IMG/VR virus record: IMGVR_UViG_3300045988_113289
Coordinates: 1-13,719 of that record
Direction: 5' to 3' (one strand)
Origin: a virus
DNA length: 13,719 nt
The position numbers and the translations under genes are program-made. Every line of letters starts with the position of its first letter. The first letter of the stretch is position 1. Below the pieces are notes generated by a model. It searched no databases. It worked only from the letters and a program-made list of their open reading frames with translations, and was not told the origin of the DNA. Of this stretch, positions 13,665 to 13,719 are shown piece after piece.

Positions 13665-13719
13665 TTTCCCTTTCTGGTTTTGTGAGGTTTTCCTTCCTCT
13701 CTACATTGTATATAATAGC
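13665..13719. repeat. Right inverted terminal repeat (ITR), 55 bp
   Basis: Exact reverse complement of bases 1-55. Confidence 0.95.

Noticed and set aside
1-13719. Lysogeny or mobile-element functions (integrase, repressor/Cro pair, transposase, att sites), tRNAs and defence or anti-defence genes of known families.
   Set aside because: No ORF shows the relevant motifs, and every ORF over 100 aa is accounted for by replication, packaging, lysis or virion functions. The genome looks strictly virulent.

Overview
The window appears to be a complete 13.7-kb linear dsDNA genome of a very small phi29-like, protein-primed tailed phage. It is bounded by perfect 55-bp inverted terminal repeats (1-55 and 13665-13719). 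The GGAGGTG-type ribosome-binding sites, BhlA/UviB-type holin and NlpC/P60 lysin point to a Gram-positive (Bacillota) host.

Layout:
- Left arm, + strand (60-1107): five tightly packed small ORFan genes ending at a bidirectional terminator (1109-1139).
- Right arm, - strand, read from the right end inward: two small ORFans, a ribbon-helix-helix regulator, a candidate terminal protein, a protein-primed family-B DNA polymerase and an SSB-like protein, then a strong intrinsic terminator (9804-9838).
- Next comes a phi29 gp16-like packaging ATPase.
- A near-consensus promoter then fires into a structured, U-tract-terminated leader RNA (8651-8770).
- Downstream of it lie holin, NlpC/P60 lysin, an (Ala-Pro)27 scaffold-like protein, a gp8-like major capsid protein, tail lysozyme, gp9-like tail knob, gp10-like portal, lower-collar candidate and a tail fibre.

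No integrase, repressor/lysogeny module, tRNA or CRISPR array was seen.

The most interesting unexplained element is the promoter plus multi-branched RNA plus U-tract that every late (lysis and morphogenesis) transcript must cross. It lies directly 3' of the packaging ATPase gene. It could be a late-operon antitermination or attenuation gate, or a small pRNA-like RNA.

All homology statements come from by-eye comparison with remembered phi29 protein sequences and family motifs. No database search was run.
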